In this document: one piece after another, positions 36,501 through 44,122 of the stretch | How the letters are laid out: the number at the start of each line of letters is the position of its first letter | How positions within the stretch are numbered: position 1 is the stretch's first letter | NCBI RefSeq assembly: GCF_023055435.1 | Contig: NW_025964372.1 | Location: forward strand, 43,710,001-43,774,000 | Reading direction: 5' to 3' | Origin: Haliotis rufescens | Lineage: Eukaryota | DNA length: 64,000 nucleotides | Program-made: the position numbers and the translations under genes | Notes under the pieces: generated by a model | What the model saw: the letters and a program-made list of their open reading frames with translations, nothing else | The model's database searches: none | What the model was told of the DNA's origin: nothing

Positions 36501-39500
36501 CAGCCATCTGCATAATGCTACCCCTGCGTCACAGGGCCATATGACACAGTTGAACCAATCAACTCAACTCGAAAAGGTGCACGGGAATCACGCACGTTGA
36601 GACACCCAACGCTAACACCGTATTCATGCGTGCGTGATTCCCGTGCACCCGTGACTGTTTAATAATCTCATACCAACTTTGACTGGAATAGGTCCGATAG
36701 TTTTTCAGATATTGTAGTAAATGTCGGTACCTTAAATTACCTTCCAGACTATAGAGAGGAATGTGCAAGTAACTCTCCATTCATTAAAAATAATGGAGCT
36801 GAGGCCCTGCAGGGACTGAGGACTATTTTGTTTAAGGAATGGAGAGTTACAAGGATATTCCCCTACTTTAAACACATCTCTACACTTACACTTTGACAAA
36901 ACATTCTAAAAAGCCATACAACATGCATTGTGAAGATCAGCTTGCGACAGCATCTGCAACAGCGGCAGAGAACACAATCAACTCTCCATTCCTGAAAAAT
37001 AATGGTGCGCTCAAACACTAGAATAATGTCACAGACGTGTGTTTTTATTAGGATTCATGTTGAGTCGTGTTGTTATTCAGGTTGGTACTGGATTGATCCC
37101 AACCTGGGATCTGTGGATGATGCCCTTCAAGTTTGGTGCAACCTGACAGACAAAGGACAGACCTGCATTCACCCAACATCTCGCACCAAGATGGTAGGTC
37201 CCCCTTTAGTCTCCCCACACACAGTTGATATTCTGTGTGCCAACAGAGGATATTGAAATTTGTGTAATGGACTATTGATACATTGTAAACCAACAGGAAT
37301 TTTGATACTTCGTGTACAAACAGAGGACTTTTGATACATTGTGTACAAATAGGAGTTTTGATACTTTGTGTACAAATTGGAGTTTTGATACTTTGTGTAC
37401 AAACTGGAGTTTTGATACTTTGTGTACAAATTGGAGTTTTGATACTTTCTGTACAAACAGGAGTTTTGTTACTTTGTGTACAAACAGAGGACTATTGATA
37501 CTTTGTGTACAAACAGAGGACTTTTGATACTTTGTGTACAAACAGGAGTTTTGATACTTTGTGTACAAACAGAGGACTTTTGATACTTTGCATAACAATT
37601 GAGGTCTATCAATACTTTGTGTAACAACAGAACTACTGCTACATTGCGTAACCTAATTAACTTGATGCCATTGGTTTTGCAAAACACTGTATTTGGTTAA
37701 AACTTGTTCCAAACTTAAAGTGACATTACTTATTATTAGACATTGCTGCTGTCATATGCCATCCCATAGCAACTAGTTCACATGACACAGCAGTTTAGTT
37801 GACAGTGGTGTCTACTTAATGGGATGCTGACATTTTATATGATGAATAATGTACTGAATGTTTTGTGACATTGTCTGCGGTACTGATGACACTGTTTGTG
37901 TTCCACAGAGCACCGAGCAGTACTGGGAGAGAGACCCTGCCAGTCCCCACAAGTGGTACCATGAGATGGATGGGGCACACAAGGTAAAACCTGCAGACAA
38001 GACAGTTTCAGTTGTAGAGTAACTCTGAACCCTCATGAGCTCATACTGCTTCTATGGTCTAGTGGAAAGATTGCCTGGAGAGTGGAACGTCGCCTCCATG
38101 GTCTGGGTAGAGCTTTGGCACGGAGAGTGGAAGCTCGGTGGATGACCCCAGCCACATTATACTAGATGTCAAAAGATCATACCTATTTACCTTGGCTAGT
38201 GCGGCATTAGCAGATAAAATGGGGACTTGGTGTCAGTATACTGTGCCTGAGTGGGATATCCATGTTTAAACTCAGGCATGGCATTTCGGTTTGCTAGCAC
38301 TACAGAACCAGATTGACCCATGAAGATCTGGGTTAGGTCTTCAACAACCAATGCATGTCGTTAGAGGTGTCTAATGAGATCAGGTCAGGCTCGCTGACTT
38401 TTTTCATGCATGTCATCGTATCCCAATTTCTTGGATCGATGCTCATGATATCAATCCCTGGATTGTCTGGCCCATTATTTATGGATCGCTGTCATATAGC
38501 TGGAATATTGCAGAGAGAGGAAACAACAAGGAACTGGGATTTTTCCGAACTAGTACACGCAGCTGCATACACACACGCTCATGCATGCACGTGGCTATAC
38601 GAGTGTAATAATTTTGAACAGGATGTTAAGCCCCATATCACCCCACCTTGAGCTTCAACTTCATAATCTGGATACAGCATGATGATAAAACATGGTTCAT
38701 ACGAAACTTAATCAACAAAGAGTGTGGACTGATTTAACTCTTTTTTTTCAAGTTTTCTTAACCACAAATCATGTCTCTCGGTAGGGCAAGAACATGCTGA
38801 CCCTTAACACAAACACTTGGTGTCATCATTGATTTCCAGTGATCCATTTATATAATTTTCACCCCTACTTTGCCTTTTATTCCCGATTTCCAACATTATA
38901 AGAATTGATTTTTCTTGCATGCTGTCTTTTGACATATTGAAAATAAGAAAACCTGTGAAGTAGGAAATGAAATATTTTGTATTAACCTCCCGTGATGACT
39001 TGGTACAGATCCGCTACGGCAACCCCGGCTCCCGCATCCAGATGTCGCTGTTGAGGCTGCTGAGTGAGGAGGCCAGCCAACAGTTCACCTACTACTGCTC
39101 CGGCTCCGTGGGCTGGTATGATCAGGCCAACCAAGGCTTCGAGAACGCCCTCACGCTTCTAGGGGAGAATGACTTTGAATTTGATTATCATGAGAAGAAG
39201 TGGATAGAGGTTCTACACGATGGTTGCAGTGTAAGTATGCCTTGTTGGTTAAAACAAATATTTGGATGCAAACCTTTTTTCACGTAATTTATACTGAGCA
39301 ATTTCTGTGATCCTTTTTTGATTAAGCCAGGCTTTTTTTAACTTGGTTGCAAAAAAAATTCACCTGCCCCAACAAAGAAGAATTTGATCATTTTTTGTAA
39401 TCTTTACATGGAGAAATTTGGTGTAATGTCAGGTTTCCATTCCTCATTAGAGATTTAACAGTGTGAAAAGTTTGAACAAGTTGAATGAATATTTGTTTAT

Positions 39501-40646
39501 GTTGCATCAGCAATTGTACAGCTGACTGTGGTGAAGGAACAAATTAAGAAACGACTGTTTTATGACCCAAATACACCTTAAGCATGGCTCTTGTCTGTGG
39601 TGACAAGTGGTTGCTGTGTCCACAGAAGACTAGTCCATATCATAATACCCATTACTATTTTAAATATTGATACCAGGAGTGTGGGGATAATTTAATACAG
39701 TGTTTTGCTCAAATAATCAACATGGTCAACAGACCTACATAATATATTAATATTATTATTTTATATTATCAGTAAAGTTATATGATCACTGAATATACAC
39801 AATCATATCATCACAGTTTCTTTTTCTGTTGAGTATATTCATACCTGTAGCTTTGCAGGTTGAAGGAGTTGATTCAATGAACATGGCTAAAAGTGACTGA
39901 GTATGGTTTTACGCCGCTTTTAGCAATATTCCAGCAATAACCACGAACACCACGAATGGGCTTCACACATTGTACCCATGTCTGGAATTGAACCTGGGTC
40001 TTCGGCGTGACGAGCTAATGCTTTAACCACGAGGCTACCCGACCGCCCCGCATGGCTAAGAACATAGCTGGAAGGGCTCCCGAACTTGGATGGACATGTT
40101 TCAGTTTTTAACCAGTGTTATGTGTGAAGGGTATTGTTTGAAGGTGAAAATGTAGCTTAAAACATAACACTCGCTTAGTTTTAGACATGTTATAACATTG
40201 CAGGACATCAACCTTGTGGTAAAGCTCGGTACTTCCGTGCCCCTTTAGCCTAGTGGGTAAAGTGTTCATCCTTCACACTGAAGGCCTAGGTTTCATTCCC
40301 CATGTAGGCACTGTCTGTGAAGTCCTATCCAGATGCCTCCCTGCTGTGATATGTGATAGTATTGGGACATCTGTAATAGTGAGTGACACCAGAAATGGAC
40401 TTTACACATTGTTCCCATGTCGGGAATCGAACCCGGGTCTTCAGTGAGTGCTTTAACCCATCCGCCCCGCTCACTGTACTAAACTATGGCTCTATGTTGC
40501 AGGACCGAAGACAGAACGGCTTCACAGTAATCTCTGTCCGTACACGCAAGGTGAACCGTCTGCCCATTGTCAGTTTCATGCCGCAGGACTACGGAAACCC
40601 ATGGCAAAAGTTCGGCTTTGAGGCAGGGCCCGTCTGCTTCCACTGA
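185..40646 (+). CDS. Fibrillar collagen alpha chain, type V/XI-like (B clade), 5'-partial, 41 exons
   Basis: 41 AG/GT-bounded exons join in frame into uninterrupted Gly-X-Y, then a COLFI domain ending [10 protein letters not shown]. Triplet register and motifs ([24 protein letters not shown]; 90- and 36-bp exons) match recalled COL11A1/COL5A1. Confidence 0.95.
692..935 (+). mobile_element. retroposon family 1 copy
   Basis: similar to 1414-1678, CAAA tail. Confidence 0.8.
1414..1678 (+). mobile_element. short retroposon family 1 (about 265 bp, no tRNA head, CAAA/CAAC tail), full length
   Basis: TSD tgtatagcaaac. Further copies near 1, 692, 4535, 12862, 17570, 18645, 30953, 38316 (+) and 13152, 41465, 42217, 48680, 52030, 53682, 57520, 57765, 61140 (-). 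Confidence 0.85.
1801..1908 (+). CDS. collagen exon c2 (108 bp)
   Basis: tttag|GTPGLDGMK...GTK|gtacgg. Confidence 0.93.
2068..2121 (+). CDS. collagen exon c3 (54 bp)
   Basis: [22 protein letters not shown]. Confidence 0.93.
2286..2339 (+). CDS. collagen exon c4 (54 bp)
   Basis: [22 protein letters not shown]. Confidence 0.93.
2626..2679 (+). CDS. collagen exon c5 (54 bp, Arg-rich)
   Basis: [18 protein letters not shown], tttag/gtcagt. Confidence 0.9.
3319..3363 (+). CDS. collagen exon c6 (45 bp)
   Basis: [19 protein letters not shown]. Confidence 0.92.
3521..3569. repeat. (TCTG)n microsatellite
   Basis: direct inspection. Confidence 0.95.
3666..4210. mobile_element. MITE, about 68-bp TIRs, CA..TG ends, 9-bp TSD
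   Basis: catcttcccgaggcaag... / ...cttgcctcaggaagatg; flanks gttgtgttt / gttgtgttc. Confidence 0.8.
4835..4987 (+). CDS. collagen exon c7 (153 bp)
   Basis: 17 triplets GQQ...GSS, AG/GT. Confidence 0.93.
5455..5508 (+). CDS. collagen exon c8 (54 bp)
   Basis: [18 protein letters not shown]. Confidence 0.93.
6269..6322 (+). CDS. collagen exon c9 (54 bp)
   Basis: [18 protein letters not shown]. Confidence 0.93.
6732..6785 (+). CDS. collagen exon c10 (54 bp)
   Basis: [18 protein letters not shown]. Confidence 0.93.
7121..7491. mobile_element. Tc1/mariner-type MITE (TA TSD)
   Basis: TIR ccgtattcg..gtaataagc, TA-flanked; second copy at 23948-24281. Confidence 0.85.
7792..7845 (+). CDS. collagen exon c11 (54 bp)
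   Basis: [18 protein letters not shown]. Confidence 0.92.
7913..8069 (+). mobile_element. tRNA-derived SINE family 2 (about 160 bp, ACTC tail)
   Basis: A box tagcctagtgg, B-box-like ggtttgatt. Further copies near 16152, 35317, 52284 (+) and 39893, 52327, 56692, 58088, 58317, 62765 (-). Confidence 0.85.
8860..8949 (+). CDS. collagen exon c12 (90 bp)
   Basis: [30 protein letters not shown]. Confidence 0.93.
9395..9448 (+). CDS. collagen exon c13 (54 bp)
   Basis: [18 protein letters not shown]. Confidence 0.93.
9713..9880. mobile_element. Penelope-like palindromic fragment with a minimal hammerhead ribozyme core
   Basis: CTGATGA-a-GGAGTA..TACTCC-GAAAC at 9793-9831 followed by AATAAA, mirrored on the other strand. 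Confidence 0.65.
10389..10442 (+). CDS. collagen exon c14 (54 bp)
   Basis: [18 protein letters not shown]. Confidence 0.93.
10847..10900 (+). CDS. collagen exon c15 (54 bp)
   Basis: [18 protein letters not shown]. Confidence 0.93.
11132..11185 (+). CDS. collagen exon c16 (54 bp)
   Basis: [18 protein letters not shown]. Confidence 0.93.
11820..11873 (+). CDS. collagen exon c17 (54 bp)
   Basis: [18 protein letters not shown]. Confidence 0.93.
12157..12510 (+). mobile_element. tRNA-derived SINE family 3 (about 350 bp, Meta-domain-like body, CACCT tail)
   Basis: B box ggttcgatccc, then gtcataccaaaagacgttaaa. Further copies near 19262, 38045 (+) and 5900, 41792, 48462, 60693 (-). Confidence 0.78.
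12749..12802 (+). CDS. collagen exon c18 (54 bp)
   Basis: [18 protein letters not shown]. Confidence 0.93.
12862..13131 (+). mobile_element. retroposon family 1 copy, full length
   Basis: TSD ccc(a)agcttggg. Confidence 0.85.
13597..15380. repeat. 21-bp minisatellite (tgctgtattgtctgtattccc)n
   Basis: about 85 units abutting the c19 acceptor. Confidence 0.95.
15386..15439 (+). CDS. collagen exon c19 (54 bp)
   Basis: [18 protein letters not shown]. Confidence 0.93.
15871..15924 (+). CDS. collagen exon c20 (54 bp)
   Basis: [18 protein letters not shown]. Confidence 0.93.
16412..16778. mobile_element. MITE with ctcaccgccaaaagaaacgcg TIRs
   Basis: inverted termini; related copy starts near 41758. 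Confidence 0.7.
16901..17008 (+). CDS. collagen exon c21 (108 bp)
   Basis: GSEGPR...GESGDRGSM|gtaagt. Confidence 0.93.
16970..17457. repeat. 88-bp tandem repeat of the c21 3' end plus donor
   Basis: about 5.5 units. Confidence 0.95.
17971..18024 (+). CDS. collagen exon c22 (54 bp)
   Basis: [18 protein letters not shown]. Confidence 0.93.
18068..18578. repeat. 23-bp minisatellite (gtcgatgtacattgctgtacagw)n
   Basis: about 22 units. Confidence 0.95.
19135..19242 (+). CDS. collagen exon c23 (108 bp)
   Basis: GTPGVT...GIDGIA|gtgagt. Confidence 0.93.
19718..19904. other. assembly gap (187 N)
   Basis: run of N following a CA-rich tract. Confidence 1.
19977..20084 (+). CDS. collagen exon c24 (108 bp)
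   Basis: GGPGGP...GDKGEV|gtgggt. Confidence 0.92.
20112..22420. repeat. 63-bp minisatellite
   Basis: about 37 units of tgccaagatgggtaatgcggtcttatattgcagtgtctagattggttatacaggataatatca. Confidence 0.95.
22893..22946 (+). CDS. collagen exon c25 (54 bp)
   Basis: [18 protein letters not shown]. Confidence 0.93.
23330..23383 (+). CDS. collagen exon c26 (54 bp)
   Basis: [18 protein letters not shown]. Confidence 0.93.
23948..24281. mobile_element. Tc1/mariner-type MITE, same family as 7121-7491
   Basis: TIRs, TA flanks, high internal similarity. Confidence 0.85.
24464..24808. mobile_element. MITE with GG..CC ends (possibly Zator-like)
   Basis: imperfect TIR ggcataaaaaaata..ggttctcaggca / tgcctgagaacc..tatttttttagcc. 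Confidence 0.55.
24867..24920 (+). CDS. collagen exon c27 (54 bp)
   Basis: [18 protein letters not shown]. Confidence 0.93.
25205..25551. repeat. 74-bp tandem repeat of the c28 acceptor
   Basis: AG ends at 25240, 25314, 25388, 25462, 25536. Confidence 0.95.
25537..25644 (+). CDS. collagen exon c28 (108 bp)
   Basis: GEMGIP...GAPGPP|gtgagt; uses the last of 5 acceptor copies. Confidence 0.92.
26025..26078 (+). CDS. collagen exon c29 (54 bp)
   Basis: [18 protein letters not shown]. Confidence 0.93.
26787..26840 (+). CDS. collagen exon c30 (54 bp)
   Basis: [18 protein letters not shown]. Confidence 0.93.
26962..27670. repeat. 50-bp minisatellite
   Basis: about 14 units of gactattccagggcagtattggccccagtaccccatacgtgtgtcctcat. 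Confidence 0.93.
27873..27926 (+). CDS. collagen exon c31 (54 bp)
   Basis: [18 protein letters not shown]. Confidence 0.93.
27962..29060. repeat. 53-bp minisatellite related to the c32 acceptor
   Basis: about 20 units. Confidence 0.92.
29201..30060. repeat. 94-bp tandem repeat of the c32 acceptor
   Basis: about 9 units, two ttaacag|ggt per unit. Confidence 0.95.
30048..30155 (+). CDS. collagen exon c32 (108 bp; completes the KGHR cross-link motif)
   Basis: GHRGPMGLM...GEKGDT|gtaggt. Confidence 0.92.
30352..30631 (-). mobile_element. tRNA-derived SINE family 4 (second copy at about 42785-43035)
   Basis: TSD tcagttattgatgg; A and B boxes on the minus strand; ACTC tail. Confidence 0.8.
30776..30829 (+). 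CDS. collagen exon c33 (54 bp)
   Basis: [18 protein letters not shown]. Confidence 0.93.
30895..31196 (+). pseudogene. orphan duplicate of the c36 3' end, donor and downstream intron, interrupted by a retroposon
   Basis: 45/51 nt identical to 33592-33642; [11 protein letters not shown] vs [11 protein letters not shown]. Confidence 0.75.
30953..31165 (+). mobile_element. retroposon family 1 copy, 5'-truncated
   Basis: near-identical to the 3' part of 1414-1678. Confidence 0.85.
31499..31534 (+). CDS. collagen exon c34 (36 bp)
   Basis: [12 protein letters not shown]. Confidence 0.92.
31578..32142. repeat. about 23-bp degenerate minisatellite (accaatgtgttcttaaggccaat)n
   Basis: direct inspection. 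Confidence 0.88.
32375..32410 (+). CDS. collagen exon c35 (36 bp)
   Basis: [12 protein letters not shown]. Confidence 0.92.
32429..32638. repeat. 52-bp tandem repeat x4
   Basis: starts 18 nt after exon c35. Confidence 0.92.
33475..33624 (+). CDS. collagen exon c36: helix end, C-telopeptide, polybasic cleavage site
   Basis: [28 protein letters not shown]11[12 protein letters not shown]|gtgggt. Confidence 0.9.
33670..35034. repeat. 26-28-bp minisatellite (tgaccttccacagtgttgataatgacaa)n
   Basis: about 50 units. Confidence 0.95.
35544..35765. repeat. 74-bp tandem repeat x3 resembling a SINE 3' end
   Basis: units at 35544, 35618, 35692, each ending in (actc)n. Confidence 0.9.
35805..36024 (+). 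CDS. collagen exon c37: coiled coil and start of COLFI
   Basis: SAFNRLQ...[27 protein letters not shown](G). Confidence 0.9.
36273..36753. mobile_element. MITE/foldback with about 100-bp TIRs
   Basis: 36273-36374 is near-complementary to 36652-36753. Confidence 0.8.
37081..37193 (+). CDS. collagen exon c38 (COLFI)
   Basis: [37 protein letters not shown]. Confidence 0.94.
37270..37628. repeat. 27-29-bp minisatellite (ttttgatactttgtgtacaaacaggag)n
   Basis: about 12 units. Confidence 0.9.
37909..37983 (+). CDS. collagen exon c39 (COLFI)
   Basis: [25 protein letters not shown]. Confidence 0.9.
39009..39230 (+). CDS. collagen exon c40 (COLFI)
   Basis: [30 protein letters not shown]...VLHDGCS. 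Confidence 0.93.
39893..40050 (-). mobile_element. SINE family 2 copy
   Basis: TSD catggctaa. Confidence 0.8.
40503..40646 (+). CDS. collagen terminal exon c41
   Basis: DRRQNG...LPIVSF...[12 protein letters not shown]. Confidence 0.94.
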   Translation, partial: DRRQNGFTVISVRTRKVNRLPIVSFMPQDYGNPWQKFGFEAGPVCFH

Positions 40647-41304
40647 CACTAATGCACAAGGCTATGCACAGTGCTAAAAACAATTTCTTGCCAAGAGAAA
40701 TTTGTGATAAATATTTTGTCAATCATTTTCTACTCCGTCCAAGTAATAGGGCTTTCTGCAAGTACAAAACATTGATTTCGTTACACATATTGTAGTATTA
40801 TCATTGAAATATAGTGCTTTAAGACTCTGGGAGTTCCTTCACATACCACATTACAAACTACCAAGCATGCTGTCAGCTTCATTCTTATCATTTGGAATAA
40901 ATTCATCACAAATACCAAAGAATATTCCTAAACAACCCAAGGTAGTCGAAGTCCTCATTGTAGTTGGATAGTTCTGTCCATAATTCAAACAGAATCTTTA
41001 TACCTTTCACAACAACGGGACCATAACAGATCAGTCGTATACATATGATATTTATCCAAAACCTTGACTTTCGAAATTTTTGAAATCAAGGGGAAAAATA
41101 TTTCGAATAGGACTGGTTTTAGAACATTGTAGACAACCTGCTGCCAAACTGACCAGTGAGAATACCCCGAGTTGTGTGAAGCCTAGGACAGTGTGATCTA
41201 CAGTGTCGAGAATGTTGCTAGTTTATGTCAGGAGATACAGTGGCGACACTGTCATTCTCATGGGATCAGCATATCACTGCCAAAAATGTAGAATTAATTC
41301 TTGA

Positions 41305-41310
41305 AATAAA
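41305..41310 (+). terminator. candidate collagen polyadenylation signal (alternative at 40896-40901)
   Basis: AATAAA followed by a GT/T-rich tract. Confidence 0.5.
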
Positions 41311-41464
41311 CATAATTTTGGGACATTGTTTCTCTGTTTGTTCATTATTACTATTTGTAGTTTAATTTAGTCAAAGAGTTTCAGTTAACATGGCAACCAC
41401 CTCTTTACTCTTGATGAGCAGACTTGACATTTTCCTGATGATTCTGACATTGTGTGAGTGAGTG

Positions 41465-41729
41465 TGTTTGGTTTGTTTATTGTTTAACGCCGCACTCAGC
41501 AATATTCCAGCTATATGAAGGAGGTCTGTAAATAATCGAGTCTGGACCAGACAATCCAGCGATTGACATCATGAACATCGATCCTAGCAATTAGGATAGA
41601 TGACATGCATCAACCAAGTCAGTGAGCCTGACCAACCGATCTAGTTAGTCGCCTCTTATGACAAGCATAGTCGCTTTTTACAGCAAGCATGGGTTGCTGA
41701 AGAACTATTCTATCCCGGATCTTCACAGG
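41465..41729 (-). mobile_element. retroposon family 1 copy
   Basis: reverse complement of the family consensus. Confidence 0.8.
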
Positions 41730-41791
41730 TTGAGTGTGTTTGGTATTCGGATATATACTCACTGCCAAAAGAAACGTGAAACATATAAGAG

Positions 41792-41994
41792 AGGTGAAAT
41801 GGGGTTTAACGTCGCGTCCAAGATTATTGCACTTATATCCGACCAGTCCTTGTTTTAGCCCCTTAATGCCGAGCGCCAGACGGTAACAACAAGTACCATC
41901 TTTTAACGTCTTTTGGTATGACGCGGCTGGGGATCGAACCCCGGACCTTCCGCTCTCCGGGCGGACGCTCTACCATTAGACCATGGAGGCTGTC
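41792..41994 (-). mobile_element. SINE family 3 copy (internally deleted) inserted in a MITE
   Basis: TSD aacatataagaga; host resembles 16412-16778. Confidence 0.8.
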
Positions 41995-43228
41995 AACATA
42001 TAAGAGAAATGTGTACATTAAGAACAGATGTTTCCAATGTGTACCAATTAATGACAAAACTAACAATCAGATGTGGCAGGAAAACCCAAATCACTGTCCG
42101 TTCTAGAAATTGAAAGCAATTAATGAAACCAACAAGCATGGGATGGAACATACAAACCAAGAATCATATCAGGGAAGATCTGGGATTCGAACCCAAGATA
42201 ATCTGATACTGATACTGTTTGTTTGTTGTTAAACGCCACACTCAGCCATATTCAAGCTATATGACAGCGGTCTGTAAATAATAAAATCTGGACCAGACAG
42301 TCCAGTGATTGACATCATCAGCATCAATCTATGCAATTGGGATCTATGACATGCATCAACCAAGTCATAGATCCTGACAACCCGATCCCCATAGTTGCCT
42401 CTTATGACAAGCACGGGTTTTTGAAGACCCAGATTCTTCACAGGATGCATAGCGACATTTCAGGGCGTAAGACAACCCTTCCTCTTTCTCTCCCATCCTC
42501 CCCCTATCTACAAGTATTCTAATAATTTTGTGCATGTTGTTCAACGTCACATTTAGCAATATTCCAGCTTTATAATCAAGGCTGTACTGACAATCCAGTG
42601 ATTGATGTTATGAGCACTGAATCATGCCACCAGGGTACAATGATATACTATCAACCAAGTTTTGTTACAACCATAGTTTCCTGGTGACCTATAACAGAAT
42701 CCCCATGGTGAATGTTCAACAATGATTGTTCAAGTTGTCAGGCAGGAACCTTATGTTCCCAGCCATGTATGTTAGGAAGCAGTGGTGAGTGAGTGAGTGA
42801 GTTTGGTTTTACAGAGTTTTGTACAGTATTTCCGTTACATCACCGCATGTCAGCTTGACGTGGGAGGAAGCATGGAGGTCATAGCCGTGAAGGTCATCGC
42901 TTTGGTAAAATACACAAGCCCAGGCATGGTGCAAACAAACCTAGAAACATAACAAGGGTGAATCTGGGATTCAAACCCATGATCGTTTGTTTCTAGCACA
43001 TCTAAGGGATGCACCTCTGCGCATCAAATTGCCGCAGGAAGACCTGTAAAAACTATTCCTCTCGGATGAACTGAACGAACAAGGGTGTAACAGATTCAAA
43101 TAAACTGAGATATAATGACAGACAGTGAGTTATGAAATATAGAAACATGTTTAATTGCATAACAGTTGAGGGTGTTTGACAGAAACAGCAAGCTGAGGGC
43201 TACCGTGCCTGATCACATCCTTGCATTC

Positions 43229-43234
43229 TTTATT
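43229..43234 (-). terminator. candidate polyA signal of the minus-strand gene (ATTAAA alternative at 43150-43155)
   Basis: AATAAA on the minus strand about 0.8 kb after the stop. Confidence 0.4.
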
Positions 43235-44055
43235 GCCTTGTTACAGTTTATTCCATGTGCAACTTGTTCCTGTATCACCGACAGGAACTCATGTTGAAGG
43301 TTCTGCTGATCTCAGCATAAAAACTGTCTATGACTGCATGTTCAAGCAAAGCAGTGTTCAGCAGTGTGTCATGGTTTGCAACCATATCTTCAACACATTC
43401 ATCTACTTCTATATTACTCCCCTTGCAAGGGTTACTTTAATGATACAACTCAGAAAATACGAAGCTTAACATGTTAACTGTGGAATAACAATTTCCCCCC
43501 AAACTATGACTATGTTAGACTCGCTACACGTACATACTTTCAAGCTTGATATTGGCTAAACAATATTTTCGGCCAGACAGTCGTAATCTTGGGATTAAAC
43601 AAATAACACTCCCCTGATAATCCTTGTATGATTTCATCATGTTTAACAACTGGGCTATTCTTAAATTTCTTCCACAGTGCGACATACTGTCAACATCGCT
43701 TAATTCAGTAGGTATATTTGAACATGCTATGTTTGATGGGATATCATCAAGCGATGCCACATCACTAATTATTTGGGTATGTCTTTAGTCTGCCTTAACA
43801 ATCTGCAATGATTCCATCAGCATTGAAAAATTATTCTGCTTGATCACAAAGAAGCTTCTTCCGAAACTTTCGCCTGTATCATACAGAACAAGTAGCCTTC
43901 AGTGATATGCAAGCCAAGGACCGTGGATGACAGTTCAACAGGATTCCACTCAGCGTGTTCCAATGCACAGGATATTTGTGTTACTTGAAAGACGGTCTCT
44001 CCAACACAGACCAATGAATGTCAAGGACACATGTTCCCATAATGCAACTCCAAGC

Positions 44056-44122
44056 TCAGACTTCATATTCACAGAGGAAGCTGTCTTCTAGAGACGGCAG
44101 CACTGTTAGATGAACAGACACC
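44056..44122 (-). CDS. M16-like terminal exon m15
   Basis: ttttcag|g VSVHLTVLPSLEDSFLCEYEV*; phase matches m14. Confidence 0.8.
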
